From IMG/VR virus record IMGVR_UViG_3300017951_000010, positions 27,412 through 91,411 of that record: DNA of 64,000 nucleotides. One strand, given 5' to 3'. The notes under the pieces are model-generated. The model saw only the letters and a program-made list of their open reading frames with translations. It made no database searches and was not told where the DNA came from. Position 1 is the stretch's first letter, and every line of letters starts with the position of its first letter. This DNA comes from a virus. Shown here in pieces: positions 1 to 9,444 of this stretch. The position numbers were made by a program, and so were the translations under genes.

Positions 1-49
1 AAAGATCATCACAAGACGTAGAGATCGCAGTCGAGAAAGCAGGATTATA

Positions 50-427
50 ATGGCAGAATTTTACACAAACTTACCGCCAAAACAACAAAACGAGTTAGAC
101 AAAACAATCGAAAAACTAACGACAACAAACTACCAAACAGAGTACCAGTTCAACGTTGGTGAGTACGACAGCACTGTGGCCTTCTTCGTTAAGAGAGGTT
201 TCACAAGAACTTCAGCAGAGTCAACAGCATACGTGATATTATCACAGGCAAAGATTGATAGTGTAAAACCTCAGGAAATTTTAGACAAATTGACCTACGC
301 CTCACCTGCAAAGCTCAGTGAACTTATCACAATAATTTTAAATGCCAACAGGTACAAATCCAGTAGGCTGGGAGTAAGACAGACCCTCAACACAACAGGA
401 ACAGTATCTAGAAATATAATAGATTAA
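50..427 (+). CDS. hypothetical protein in virion morphogenesis module
   Basis: 125-aa ORF whose stop overlaps the start of the gp4-like gene; no diagnostic motif. Confidence 0.6.
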   Translation: MAEFYTNLPPKQQNELDKTIEKLTTTNYQTEYQFNVGEYDSTVAFFVKRGFTRTSAESTAYVILSQAKIDSVKPQEILDKLTYASPAKLSELITIILNANRYKSSRLGVRQTLNTTGTVSRNIID

Positions 428-867
428 TGATTCCTAGATTCGCAAATGGAAAGTTCTCACCTAAGAACGGTGAAAAATATGTTGGCATCAAGACTCCAAC
501 ATATAGAAGCAGTTGGGAACACGCTTTCATGCGCCTATGCGATGAACATCCAAATGTTTATCAATGGGCATCAGAGTCAATCAAGATTCCTTACAGGCAT
601 CCATTCACAGGCAAGTACACAGTTTACGTGCCCGACTTCTTTGTCGTGTACATTGACAAGACGGGAAAGAAACACGCCGAGATGATAGAAGTAAAACCAA
701 TGTCGCAAACAAACATGGAATCGGCAGGACGGAGCATGGGTAAAAAGAAACAAGTCGTGATTAATCAGGCCAAATGGGAGGCCGCGTCGGCGTATGCAAA
801 GCAGAGAAGAATAGGTTTCAGAGTGGTGTCAGAAGAGCAGTTGTTCCATCAAGGCAAACGTAAGTAA
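427..867 (+). CDS. T4 gp4-like head completion nuclease (TnsA-like PD-(D/E)xK fold)
   Basis: Motifs YRSSWE, WASE-x-IKIPY, YVPDF, IEVKP, NQAKWEAA typical of T4 gp4 homologs. Confidence 0.85.
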   Translation: MIPRFANGKFSPKNGEKYVGIKTPTYRSSWEHAFMRLCDEHPNVYQWASESIKIPYRHPFTGKYTVYVPDFFVVYIDKTGKKHAEMIEVKPMSQTNMESAGRSMGKKKQVVINQAKWEAASAYAKQRRIGFRVVSEEQLFHQGKRK

Positions 868-875
868 ATATACAC

Positions 876-1400
876 ATGACAAAAAAACTAGAAGATATTC
901 TTAATTTACCAAACGTCAAAGAAGCATTCAAGGAAGTTGATAAAAAAGAAAAACACAGAGCATTAAATGAAACTAACGGTTCGTCCGCAAACAAAAATTT
1001 AGATCCACAAACAAAAGCAAATCTGGAAAAAAGTTATAAAGAGTTTGACAAAGTTGCGGCCGCACTGCCACAGGTCAAAGGACTTGGAGAATTAAGTGAT
1101 CTGGAACTAGACAAACTGGCCATAGAGGCAGAAGAAAGTTATAAGAATCTTATGGATTTGGGGATGAATGTGGACTCACGTTATTCAGGCCGAATCTTTG
1201 AAGTTGCCAGCACTATGCTTAGAAACGCCATAGATGCAAAAAGTGGTAAAATTGACAAAAAACTCAAAATGATTGAACTACAACTTAAAAAGCAAAAACT
1301 AGATCAAAACGACAAAGACGGTACAGCAGTGGAAGAATCAGAGGGTTTTGTCATATCTGATCGAAACGAATTGATGAAGAAACTGCTGAAAAAAGACTAA
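876..1400 (+). CDS. probable terminase small subunit (gp16-like)
   Basis: Helical protein with RIFEVASTML and C-terminal SDRNELMK resembling gp16; lies upstream of TerL. Confidence 0.55.
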   Translation: MTKKLEDILNLPNVKEAFKEVDKKEKHRALNETNGSSANKNLDPQTKANLEKSYKEFDKVAAALPQVKGLGELSDLELDKLAIEAEESYKNLMDLGMNVDSRYSGRIFEVASTMLRNAIDAKSGKIDKKLKMIELQLKKQKLDQNDKDGTAVEESEGFVISDRNELMKKLLKKD

Positions 1401-1409
1401 ATATTGCAT

Positions 1410-2006
1410 ATGAGCACATTCTCACAATACCTTACGGAATCAACAAAGTCATATGACTATAAAATAAAGGTTGCGGGCGCACTGCCAGAAGGTTTCGCTA
1501 ACAAGATGGAAACTGCACTTCAAAAATTTGACGTTGCTAACATGTCATCAGGGAAGAAAACACCTATAATGACTGTGCCTCTTGATTTCCCACAACTGAG
1601 CAACGAAGAAGTTACTATCTTTGATGTGACTACAAACTATCCAGTATCAGTAAGAGAATTAAAAGAATATTTAGGGGTGTATATGAACTTGCCACAGACA
1701 CACATCGTTGTCAGGAAACCAGGCGAGCCAACAGAGGAATACCAAGATAACATGCAGGTAGCAAAAAATTCAGAATACAAAAATAAATTATTGGATTTAG
1801 AATACACAGATTCGGCTAAAATTAATGCAGAAGACTTCCATTCAGCCAAGGCCAACATGAGCCTACTAAAAGAATTACTTAAAGACAGAGAAGAGAACAA
1901 AGACCAACCAAAAGAAAAAGCAAACATTCAAAGCAACGAAGAGCAGGGTACTCCCAGTCCGCTTTCTAAATCAACAAATCCACACCCAGATCCAAAGAGG
2001 AAATAA
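1410..2006 (+). CDS. putative head-internal/structural protein
   Basis: ATG 1410 follows TAAATA box at 1398-1403; N-terminus MSTFSQYLTES resembles the T4 capsid-targeting leader. Confidence 0.55.
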   Translation: MSTFSQYLTESTKSYDYKIKVAGALPEGFANKMETALQKFDVANMSSGKKTPIMTVPLDFPQLSNEEVTIFDVTTNYPVSVRELKEYLGVYMNLPQTHIVVRKPGEPTEEYQDNMQVAKNSEYKNKLLDLEYTDSAKINAEDFHSAKANMSLLKELLKDREENKDQPKEKANIQSNEEQGTPSPLSKSTNPHPDPKRK

Positions 2007-2009
2007 GTT

Positions 2010-2828
2010 ATGGAAATGATCGACGTATTAAAGAAGTTACAAGAAATCGCAGAGACCAAACCAGAATTAGTTAAAGATGCTGTGGAGAACGTGGAGAAAA
2101 CAAATCCCAAAGTTGACGAAAGCAGAATGAAAGACTACCTACATGATGAGGCCGAAAAACTTTCAAGAAAAGAATTTTTAGAAAAGCACGGAAGTAGCCT
2201 AGCAGGTTTCTACGATGCAATAAATGGTGACCCAGAAGACAATGAAAAGCCAATGGAAGGCAAAAAAGAAATGAAGAAAGAAACAGTTAAAGAAGCAATA
2301 CAAATTTCAACAGACACGCCAGAAGAAGCAGGCATGATGATGCAGATTCTTAAACTTGCAGGTGTTAAACCAGTTGACGCTAAAATGATCGGTGCGCAGG
2401 ACGACGAGCCAGAGCATGACCATGACGACGCAACAGGTTCGATGGACATGGCCAGAATGAGAGACATCGTAAAGAAACCAGAGGATGAAAAAGCAGAAGA
2501 AACATTTGCCAACGCACCTGATGGTTACAAAGGTGAGCCAGAAACTCATGACGTTGACACTCTTGTAAATGTACACTCAGGTGGACTGAACAGACAGAAA
2601 TCTCAACACAGAAAAGAGTATCCGGGTGACAACCCAATGGCAGTTGCCAAGGAAGACCAGATCACAGAACAGGATCTAGCAAACAGCCTGAGAGAACAAT
2701 ACCAAAATTTCAAGAAGGCTTACCAAGAAGCCGCCAAACCTGATTTCCTTGACATGGACAAAGATGGTGACAAGAAAGAGCCAATGAAGAAGGCCGTCAA
2801 GGACAAAGAGGCTAAAGAGAAAAAATAA
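2010..2828 (+). CDS. acidic putative head-internal/scaffold-like protein
   Basis: Highly charged 272 aa; several xxE processing-like sites; C-terminal PDFLDMDKDGDKKEPMKKA motif. Confidence 0.55.
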   Translation: MEMIDVLKKLQEIAETKPELVKDAVENVEKTNPKVDESRMKDYLHDEAEKLSRKEFLEKHGSSLAGFYDAINGDPEDNEKPMEGKKEMKKETVKEAIQISTDTPEEAGMMMQILKLAGVKPVDAKMIGAQDDEPEHDHDDATGSMDMARMRDIVKKPEDEKAEETFANAPDGYKGEPETHDVDTLVNVHSGGLNRQKSQHRKEYPGDNPMAVAKEDQITEQDLANSLREQYQNFKKAYQEAAKPDFLDMDKDGDKKEPMKKAVKDKEAKEKK

Positions 2829-2869
2829 GTTAGTTTTCTACCACACTCTACGACATTAAATACTACGTT

Positions 2870-4462
2870 ATGGCATACGTAAGTTTAGATTCAGACCAAA
2901 TTAAGAAGGCCAATAAAAGGCACAAATACTCAAAGGAACAAGTAGAACAACTTGAGAAGTGCATGGACGAGAAGACAGGCCCTTTGTATTTCATGAAACA
3001 GTTCATGAAGATCCAGCATCCTACCAAAGGCGAAATGCCTTTTGAACCTTATCCGTACCAGGAGAGATTGATCGAAGCATACAATTCACATAGATTCAGT
3101 ATTTCGATGTTGCCCAGACAGACAGGCAAGACAACCTGTGCCTCGGGCTATCTTATATGGTACGCCATGTTCAAGCCAGATTCACAGATACTAATTGCCG
3201 CACACAAATACGCAGGAGCATCAGACATCATGTCTAGGGTGCGTTATGCATATGAGATGTTGCCGGCTTGGATCAAAGCCGGAGTCAACCAATACAACAG
3301 GAACTCGATAGAGTTCGACAACGGATCAAAGATAATGGCAACCACAACAACAGAGAACACAGGACGGGGTATGTCCTTGACAATGATCTATTGTGATGAG
3401 TTCGCGTTCGTGCAACCACCCGAGAAAGCCAAAGAGTTTTGGACTTCACTGTCGCCAACTTTGAGTACAGGTGGTAAGTGCATGATCACAAGCACTCCCA
3501 ACTCAGACGAAGACCAGTTCGCCATGATATGGAAAGAGGCCAACAAACGATTTGATGAATATGGAAACGACAAGATAGTGGGCACCAACGGCTTCTATGC
3601 CATGAAGGCGCACTGGAACGAACACCCAGACAGAGACGAGGCATGGGCAGAAGCAGAAAGAGCCAGGATCGGTGAAGAAAGATTTAGACGGGAACACGAA
3701 TGTGAGTTCTTGATTTTTGACGAGACATTAATCAACAGTATAACTTTGGCCGACATGGAGGGCATGCCACCAGTGGAGACCACGGGGCAAGTGCGTTGGT
3801 TCAAAAGGCCAACTCCGGGACACACCTACATGGTTTCCTTAGACCCTAGCATGGGGACGGGTGGAGACTTTGCCGCTATACAGGTGTTCGAACTGCCCAC
3901 ATTTGAGCAAGTGGGAGAATGGCAACACAACACCACTCCCATGAATCAACAAGTTAGGATTTTACAGGGCATCAACAAGCACATACACGACACAATTTTA
4001 GAAAAGGACTCCACAGCAACTCCACAAATATTTTATTCAATGGAAAACAACACCATAGGTGAAGCCGCGCTCATGAGAGTTATGGACATAGGTGAAGAAA
4101 ACATACAAGGAATGTTCTTATCTGAACCAATTAGAAAAGGACACAGGAGGAAATTTAGAAGAGGATTCAACACAACTGCAAAGTTTAAAATAGACGCTTG
4201 TACAAAATTCAAAGAGCTCATTGAGAGTGGAAAGATGAAAATAAACTCACAACTGCTTGTATCCGAACTAAAGGATTTCGTTGCAAGTGGATTGAGTTAC
4301 AAGGCCAAACCCGGACAGCACGACGACCTAGTGAGTGCCTGCCTTTTAATGACACGTATGATGAAGGTTTTGGCAGATTTTGATCCAAAAATATTTGAAA
4401 AATGGACTGACAGGACCAGTGAGATCACACCAATGCCAATATTTGGATCGTTCACAGGATAA
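2870..4462 (+). CDS. terL: terminase large subunit (T4 gp17-like)
   Basis: Walker A PRQTGKT, Walker B IYCDEFAF, coupling motif ITSTPN, nuclease SLDPSMG and HDDLV. Confidence 0.96.
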   Translation: MAYVSLDSDQIKKANKRHKYSKEQVEQLEKCMDEKTGPLYFMKQFMKIQHPTKGEMPFEPYPYQERLIEAYNSHRFSISMLPRQTGKTTCASGYLIWYAMFKPDSQILIAAHKYAGASDIMSRVRYAYEMLPAWIKAGVNQYNRNSIEFDNGSKIMATTTTENTGRGMSLTMIYCDEFAFVQPPEKAKEFWTSLSPTLSTGGKCMITSTPNSDEDQFAMIWKEANKRFDEYGNDKIVGTNGFYAMKAHWNEHPDRDEAWAEAERARIGEERFRREHECEFLIFDETLINSITLADMEGMPPVETTGQVRWFKRPTPGHTYMVSLDPSMGTGGDFAAIQVFELPTFEQVGEWQHNTTPMNQQVRILQGINKHIHDTILEKDSTATPQIFYSMENNTIGEAALMRVMDIGEENIQGMFLSEPIRKGHRRKFRRGFNTTAKFKIDACTKFKELIESGKMKINSQLLVSELKDFVASGLSYKAKPGQHDDLVSACLLMTRMMKVLADFDPKIFEKWTDRTSEITPMPIFGSFTG

Positions 4463-4474
4463 TAAATACGCTAT

Positions 4475-6904
4475 ATGAATCCAAAAAACTCAGTAGACCT
4501 ATTCAACAAGATTAGATCACAGTTCACTAATGTCCGTTTGGGCGACGGAAATGGCGCGGCAACGGCTGATCCAAAAACCGCTGTATTTTTTGAGTTTGAA
4601 TTCCAGGAGGATGCGGACACTTTTGGTTCAGTAAGCATCAGTCTAGCAGATGGTGAGAACATGAAAGTTTACTATAACAGAGATCTTGTCAACAAAATTG
4701 ACGAAGATAGCAGGGACGAATGGTACGCATTTCTCAAGGAACTAAAGGACTACGCAGTAGAGCACCAACTAGGGTTTGACGTTAGAGATATCACGAAATC
4801 GAACCTAACGAAGCAGGATTATCAAAATCTTGCAGATACGAACAAAACGGTAAATACTGACGAGATGTCAGAAGAACTAGCAAGAATCACTAAACTAGCG
4901 GGTGTGAACGAAGGCCTCACAGGCACAGCAAAACGTTCATACGAGAACCTAGACAAGACAAAATTAATAATCAGACACAAAGGCAAGGTTGACGAGACTG
5001 TGCCAGGTGCGAGATCAAGACAGATACAATCACTGTACATCGAGAACGAGGACGGTGAGAGGTTCAAGTACCCACTGACACACCTAGCAGGTGCGAGGGC
5101 GATGATGAGACACGTGGCCAACGGTGGAAGACCACACGACGAGTTCGGTGAACACATCATACAGACTTCAGAAGACATAGCGAAACTACAATCTTTTTCA
5201 AGATACGTTTCGAACAAGGATCAACTGAACGACAACGCAGGTGACATTATCGAAAACACGAAACTACAATTAGAGAATTTAAGAGAGTACATGAGAAATT
5301 TGTCAAAACAAGGTCACTATGAATCAAGTTGCAAGAGCTACAAGAAAGCAGAAGACCAAGTATTAGATGACGAGACCGTAAACAAACTGAGAGAGAAGTT
5401 CACAATGACCAACCTAGACAAGAGAGTGGAAGACGCTTTCCCACTTATCAACAAAGTAATGGCAGAATTAGAAAACGCAGGCAAAGAAGAACAAGTGAAC
5501 GAACTTGACCCAGGCGAGGCACCAAAAGTCAAAGACACACAGCCGACAGTGCTAGGCAAAGATGTTGAGCCAATCGACGCACCGGTGCAACCACCAGTTG
5601 ACCATGGCGCGATAGTGCAATCATTCCTCACAGATCCAGACAGCAAGATGATCCTAAGGAAGGACGCGGCGGCTGACAAGATGCTGAGGAACACAAAATT
5701 CACGAACAAGAACACGATGCTGAGCTCGATACTGGGCGACATCGCCAGCAGGATGCTGACCAAGTCAGGCGAGGAAGACAGGGTGGCCAACTTCGCTTCA
5801 AGGGTTGCGGATGAGATGGAACAGGAGAACAGTGCAAACTTCAAGCCAACTCCGGACTACATGAAGAACAAAAAGATAGCAATACAACTCGCAAAGAGAT
5901 ACATCGACGACTACAAGAAGATGGAGAAAGATCCAGAATACGAAAAACAGGTTAGGATGGAACCAGGTGAATTCAATCCCAAGAAAGATCTAAAAGGCAA
6001 GGCAAAAGAAACTGAAGCGTTTGAGTCATGGGCCGAAAACATAACAGAACAGAAACCCTACGTGTCAATGTACAGAGACGACAACGGCAAGATGGTGTAT
6101 GACGTACTGGACAAAGACGGCAAGTCAGCGTTCAAATCATCCGACGAAGAACTTTCAACCAACTTCCTACGTAAGAACTACGACGAGTTGATGGGTAGAA
6201 TGGCCGTGACGAAAGCAGACAAAAATTTAAACAATCCTGCATACCAAAAAATGAAGGCGGGAGATGACAGATACGCAGACAAGACCGAGGGCATGGGCGA
6301 CAAAATAGCAGACATGGCACAGAGCATGAGCAAAGATGAATTCATGAGTAAAGCAGACGAACTAGGACTCACACCAGAAGAAGCCGCGGAACACTACGAG
6401 AAGATGCAGGGCGGTGCACACGCAGGTAAATTTGAAGGTAATCAATTCGCACAGGCAGTACAGAAAGCCAAAGCGGCGGGCATGAAGGCGGGAGACAAGT
6501 TCAAAGTTGGTGACCAAGAGTACACACTGAAAGATGCTATAGAGTTAGCAGGCCTACAGTTGGAAGAATTCTTCTCAGAAGAAGAAAGCGACGATTGGAC
6601 AAAACTTATGAACGCAGTTGCTGAAAGATATGGCAAAGAGAAAGCAAGAGTGATCCACGATTATGCCCAATTAGGCACTGACAGCGGACCGGAACTAATG
6701 AAAGACCATGGCTTGACACCCGGAGACGGTATGGAGGAGAATCAGCGGGAATGGTTCAAGAAGTTTCCATGGTTGGAAAAATTAGATAAGACATCATGGA
6801 TGGACCGTCTTATCAACATCGCTGGCGAAGGGCCGGACTATGGAACTCCAGTCTCAGAAGATCCCGAGTTGGCTCGTATCAAAAACCTAGCATTTTACCA
6901 ATAA
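4475..6904 (+). CDS. large putative virion head protein, possibly processed into modules
   Basis: 809 aa, preceded by TAAATA box; repeated ELARI-xx-LA motif; modular C-terminal half. Confidence 0.6.
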   Translation: MNPKNSVDLFNKIRSQFTNVRLGDGNGAATADPKTAVFFEFEFQEDADTFGSVSISLADGENMKVYYNRDLVNKIDEDSRDEWYAFLKELKDYAVEHQLGFDVRDITKSNLTKQDYQNLADTNKTVNTDEMSEELARITKLAGVNEGLTGTAKRSYENLDKTKLIIRHKGKVDETVPGARSRQIQSLYIENEDGERFKYPLTHLAGARAMMRHVANGGRPHDEFGEHIIQTSEDIAKLQSFSRYVSNKDQLNDNAGDIIENTKLQLENLREYMRNLSKQGHYESSCKSYKKAEDQVLDDETVNKLREKFTMTNLDKRVEDAFPLINKVMAELENAGKEEQVNELDPGEAPKVKDTQPTVLGKDVEPIDAPVQPPVDHGAIVQSFLTDPDSKMILRKDAAADKMLRNTKFTNKNTMLSSILGDIASRMLTKSGEEDRVANFASRVADEMEQENSANFKPTPDYMKNKKIAIQLAKRYIDDYKKMEKDPEYEKQVRMEPGEFNPKKDLKGKAKETEAFESWAENITEQKPYVSMYRDDNGKMVYDVLDKDGKSAFKSSDEELSTNFLRKNYDELMGRMAVTKADKNLNNPAYQKMKAGDDRYADKTEGMGDKIADMAQSMSKDEFMSKADELGLTPEEAAEHYEKMQGGAHAGKFEGNQFAQAVQKAKAAGMKAGDKFKVGDQEYTLKDAIELAGLQLEEFFSEEESDDWTKLMNAVAERYGKEKARVIHDYAQLGTDSGPELMKDHGLTPGDGMEENQREWFKKFPWLEKLDKTSWMDRLINIAGEGPDYGTPVSEDPELARIKNLAFYQ

Positions 6905-6910
6905 TAGTAG

Positions 6911-6939
6911 TAGACTTTAGATAAATATAGTTGTATATT
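6911..6939 (+). promoter_or_regulatory. sigma70-like promoter of gp32 with embedded late box
   Basis: TAGACT 6911-6916, 17-nt spacer, TATATT 6934-6939; TAAATA at 6922-6927 inside the spacer. Confidence 0.5.
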
Positions 6940-7004
6940 ACGCTATATGTCTAATATACATTTAGGCACAAACAAACATAGGCACAATAAAGGAGGCTTA
7001 CATT

Positions 7005-7979
7005 ATGGCATCATTGGCTGAAATAAGAGCGAAGTTAAAATCTCAAGAAGTGAATCGCTCCACTTCATCAGGCGGAGACAACGCCATCTACCCACACTGG
7101 AACATATCGGAAGGTTCTGAGGCAGTCGTTAGATTTTTACCAGATAAGGATACGAATAACACATTTTTCTGGACCGAAAGGAACATGATCAAGTTACCGT
7201 TCGCAGGTATCAAAGGTCAGACTGATTCAAGACCGGTGACAGTGCAAGTACCATGCATGGAGATGTATGGGAAGACTTGTCCAGTGCTCACAGAGGTGAG
7301 ACCGTGGTTCAAAGACAAGAGCATGGAAGACATGGGCAGAAAATACTGGAAGAAGAAGAGTTACATCTTCCAGGGATTTGTCACAACGAATCCACTAGCG
7401 GAAGACTCAACACCTGAGAATCCAATCAGAAGATTTATTATTGGACCTCAGATCTTCAACATAATCAGAAGTGCATTGATGGATCCAGAGATGGAAGAAA
7501 TGCCAACTGACTACGTGAAGGGCGTGGACTTCAGAATAACTAAAACCACAAAGGGTGGTTATGCTGACTACTCAACTTCAAAATGGTCGAGAAGAGAAAG
7601 AGCGTTGGACGAGGCGGAGAGAGCCGCGATCGACACACATGGGTTACACAACCTAGGTGACTTCAGACCAAAAGAGCCAACCGAGGCAGAGGTGAAAATA
7701 ATCAAGGAATTATTTGAGAAATCTGTTGAAGGTGAGGCTTATGATCTTGAACAGTACGGACAGTACTTCAGACCTGCAGGGATGGCCTACAATGCACCGC
7801 AAACACCAAAAGCGGAAGCACCAGCGGCTACAACAGCACCAGCGTCTGAACCTGCACCAGCACCAGTGACGGAATCTGCACCAGCACCACAACCAGCGGC
7901 GACTACGGCTCCTGCAGGCGACAGTGCCAAGAGGGCAGAGGACATACTGAAACTGATCAGATCAAGACAAGCAAAATAA
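7005..7979 (+). CDS. single-stranded DNA-binding protein (T4 gp32-like)
   Basis: AVVRFLP, C-x6-CPV, YWKKKSY, IGPQIF, GVDFRITK, YADYSTSKW; SD AAGGAGG upstream. Confidence 0.9.
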   Translation: MASLAEIRAKLKSQEVNRSTSSGGDNAIYPHWNISEGSEAVVRFLPDKDTNNTFFWTERNMIKLPFAGIKGQTDSRPVTVQVPCMEMYGKTCPVLTEVRPWFKDKSMEDMGRKYWKKKSYIFQGFVTTNPLAEDSTPENPIRRFIIGPQIFNIIRSALMDPEMEEMPTDYVKGVDFRITKTTKGGYADYSTSKWSRRERALDEAERAAIDTHGLHNLGDFRPKEPTEAEVKIIKELFEKSVEGEAYDLEQYGQYFRPAGMAYNAPQTPKAEAPAATTAPASEPAPAPVTESAPAPQPAATTAPAGDSAKRAEDILKLIRSRQAK

Positions 7980-7991
7980 TCTGACATTTAC

Positions 7992-8022
7992 CAAGGCCCA
8001 GATATTGACCATTTGGGCCTTG
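7992..8022. promoter_or_regulatory. inverted repeat (terminator or operator) overlapping a sigma70-like -35 box
   Basis: CAAGGCCCA 7992-8000 / TGGGCCTTG 8014-8022; TTGACC 8005-8010 in the loop, TAATAT 8028-8033 after a 17-nt spacer. Confidence 0.55.
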
Positions 8023-8038
8023 TGTAGTAATATAGAGT

Positions 8039-8143
8039 ATGGATATAAAAAGAAAAATTGTAAAAGCAGTGGAATGGATATTGATTAAACAGATACCTGC
8101 ATGGGTATTGATAGTGGCAATCATCCTTTGGATACTGCTGTAG
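8039..8143 (+). CDS. small membrane peptide (34 aa)
   Basis: MDIKRKIVKAVEWILIKQIPAWVLIVAIILWILL; fills the gp32-uvsX gap; below the ORF-track cutoff. Confidence 0.5.
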   Translation: MDIKRKIVKAVEWILIKQIPAWVLIVAIILWILL

Positions 8144-8153
8144 GAAATAAATT

Positions 8154-9215
8154 ATGACAAAAGTGTTTGACGCGACAAAATTTAGAAAAAGCATTACGAA
8201 ATCAATTCAAGGACTAGGCATAGGGTTCAGTGATCCAACAGACTGGATATCGACAGGCAACTATGCACTGAACTACCTAATATCAGGAGATTTCAACAGA
8301 GGCGTCCCACTGGGCAAGGTCTCTGTACTAGCAGGAGAATCGGGCGCAGGAAAGTCATACATTGCATCGGGTAACATCATAAGGAACGCACAGGAACAAG
8401 GTATTTTTGTAATCCTAATAGATTCAGAGAACGCACTAGATGAAACCTGGTTACAGGCGCTGAACGTTGACACATCAGAAGACAAATTACTAAAATTAAG
8501 TTTATCTATGATAGATGACGTAGCGAAAACAGTTTCAGAATTTATGAAATCATACAAAGACGAACACGCAGACAACAAGGAAGGCGCTCCAAAAGTTTTA
8601 TTTGTGATAGACTCGTTGGGTATGCTGTTGACACCAACTGATGTGGACCAGTTCGAGAAAGGTGAGATGAAAGGCGACCTAGGTAGGAAGCCTAAGGCAC
8701 TTACAGCACTAGTTAGGAACTGTGTGAACATGTTTGGTAGTTGGAACGTTGGACTTATAGCAACCAACCACACATATGCATCACAGGACATGTTTGATCC
8801 AGACGACAAGATATCAGGAGGTCAAGGCTTTATATATGCAAGTTCCATTGTGATTGCAATGAAAAAACTTAAACTTAAAGAAGACGAAAAAGGCAACAAG
8901 ATATCAGATGTGAGGGGTATAAGAGCGGCATGTAAAGTCATGAAGACCAGGTATGCCAAGCCTTTCGAAAGTGTGCAAGTGAAGATTCCATATGACACAG
9001 GCATGGATCCTTACAGTGGACTCGTGGATCTTTTTGAGAAAAAAGGTGTGCTGACACAACAAGGAAACAGGTTAAAATACATCGATTCGAATGGCAAAGA
9101 GCACTTAGATTTTAGGAAAGCATGGACAGGTGATAAATTAGATATGCTTATGGCAGACTTCACAAAAATTGCTGGAGAGCCAGATACAAAAACAGAAGAA
9201 AAGAGCAATGATTGA
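8154..9215 (+). CDS. uvsX: RecA-like recombinase UvsX
   Basis: ISTGNYALN, Walker A GESGAGKS, IDSENALD, VIDSLG, NHTY, SGGQG, KTRY. Confidence 0.95.
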   Translation: MTKVFDATKFRKSITKSIQGLGIGFSDPTDWISTGNYALNYLISGDFNRGVPLGKVSVLAGESGAGKSYIASGNIIRNAQEQGIFVILIDSENALDETWLQALNVDTSEDKLLKLSLSMIDDVAKTVSEFMKSYKDEHADNKEGAPKVLFVIDSLGMLLTPTDVDQFEKGEMKGDLGRKPKALTALVRNCVNMFGSWNVGLIATNHTYASQDMFDPDDKISGGQGFIYASSIVIAMKKLKLKEDEKGNKISDVRGIRAACKVMKTRYAKPFESVQVKIPYDTGMDPYSGLVDLFEKKGVLTQQGNRLKYIDSNGKEHLDFRKAWTGDKLDMLMADFTKIAGEPDTKTEEKSND

Positions 9216-9444
9216 TTTTACACACGAAGATATTGAACGTCTATGGACATCGATTATACACTACGTACCGGAAAGACAAAAATCAGATATGGCAATTGAC
9301 TTCATAAAAAGTTTAGAAGACATCGGTGTTGAGCACGACGAAATCAAAGCATCAGCAGAATACGACCCTAAACTTGAAGAAGCGATTAGGACCGTGTTTG
9401 TAGAAGACGATGAAGAGTCAGACGGATACGGTGAAGATGACTAA
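9208..9444 (+). CDS. acidic hypothetical protein
   Basis: ATG 9208 overlaps the uvsX end; 78 aa. Confidence 0.6.
   Translation: MIDFTHEDIERLWTSIIHYVPERQKSDMAIDFIKSLEDIGVEHDEIKASAEYDPKLEEAIRTVFVEDDEESDGYGEDD

Noticed and set aside
7795-7920. GCACCAGC-type repeats in gp32
   Set aside because: Explained by an Ala/Pro-rich protein linker
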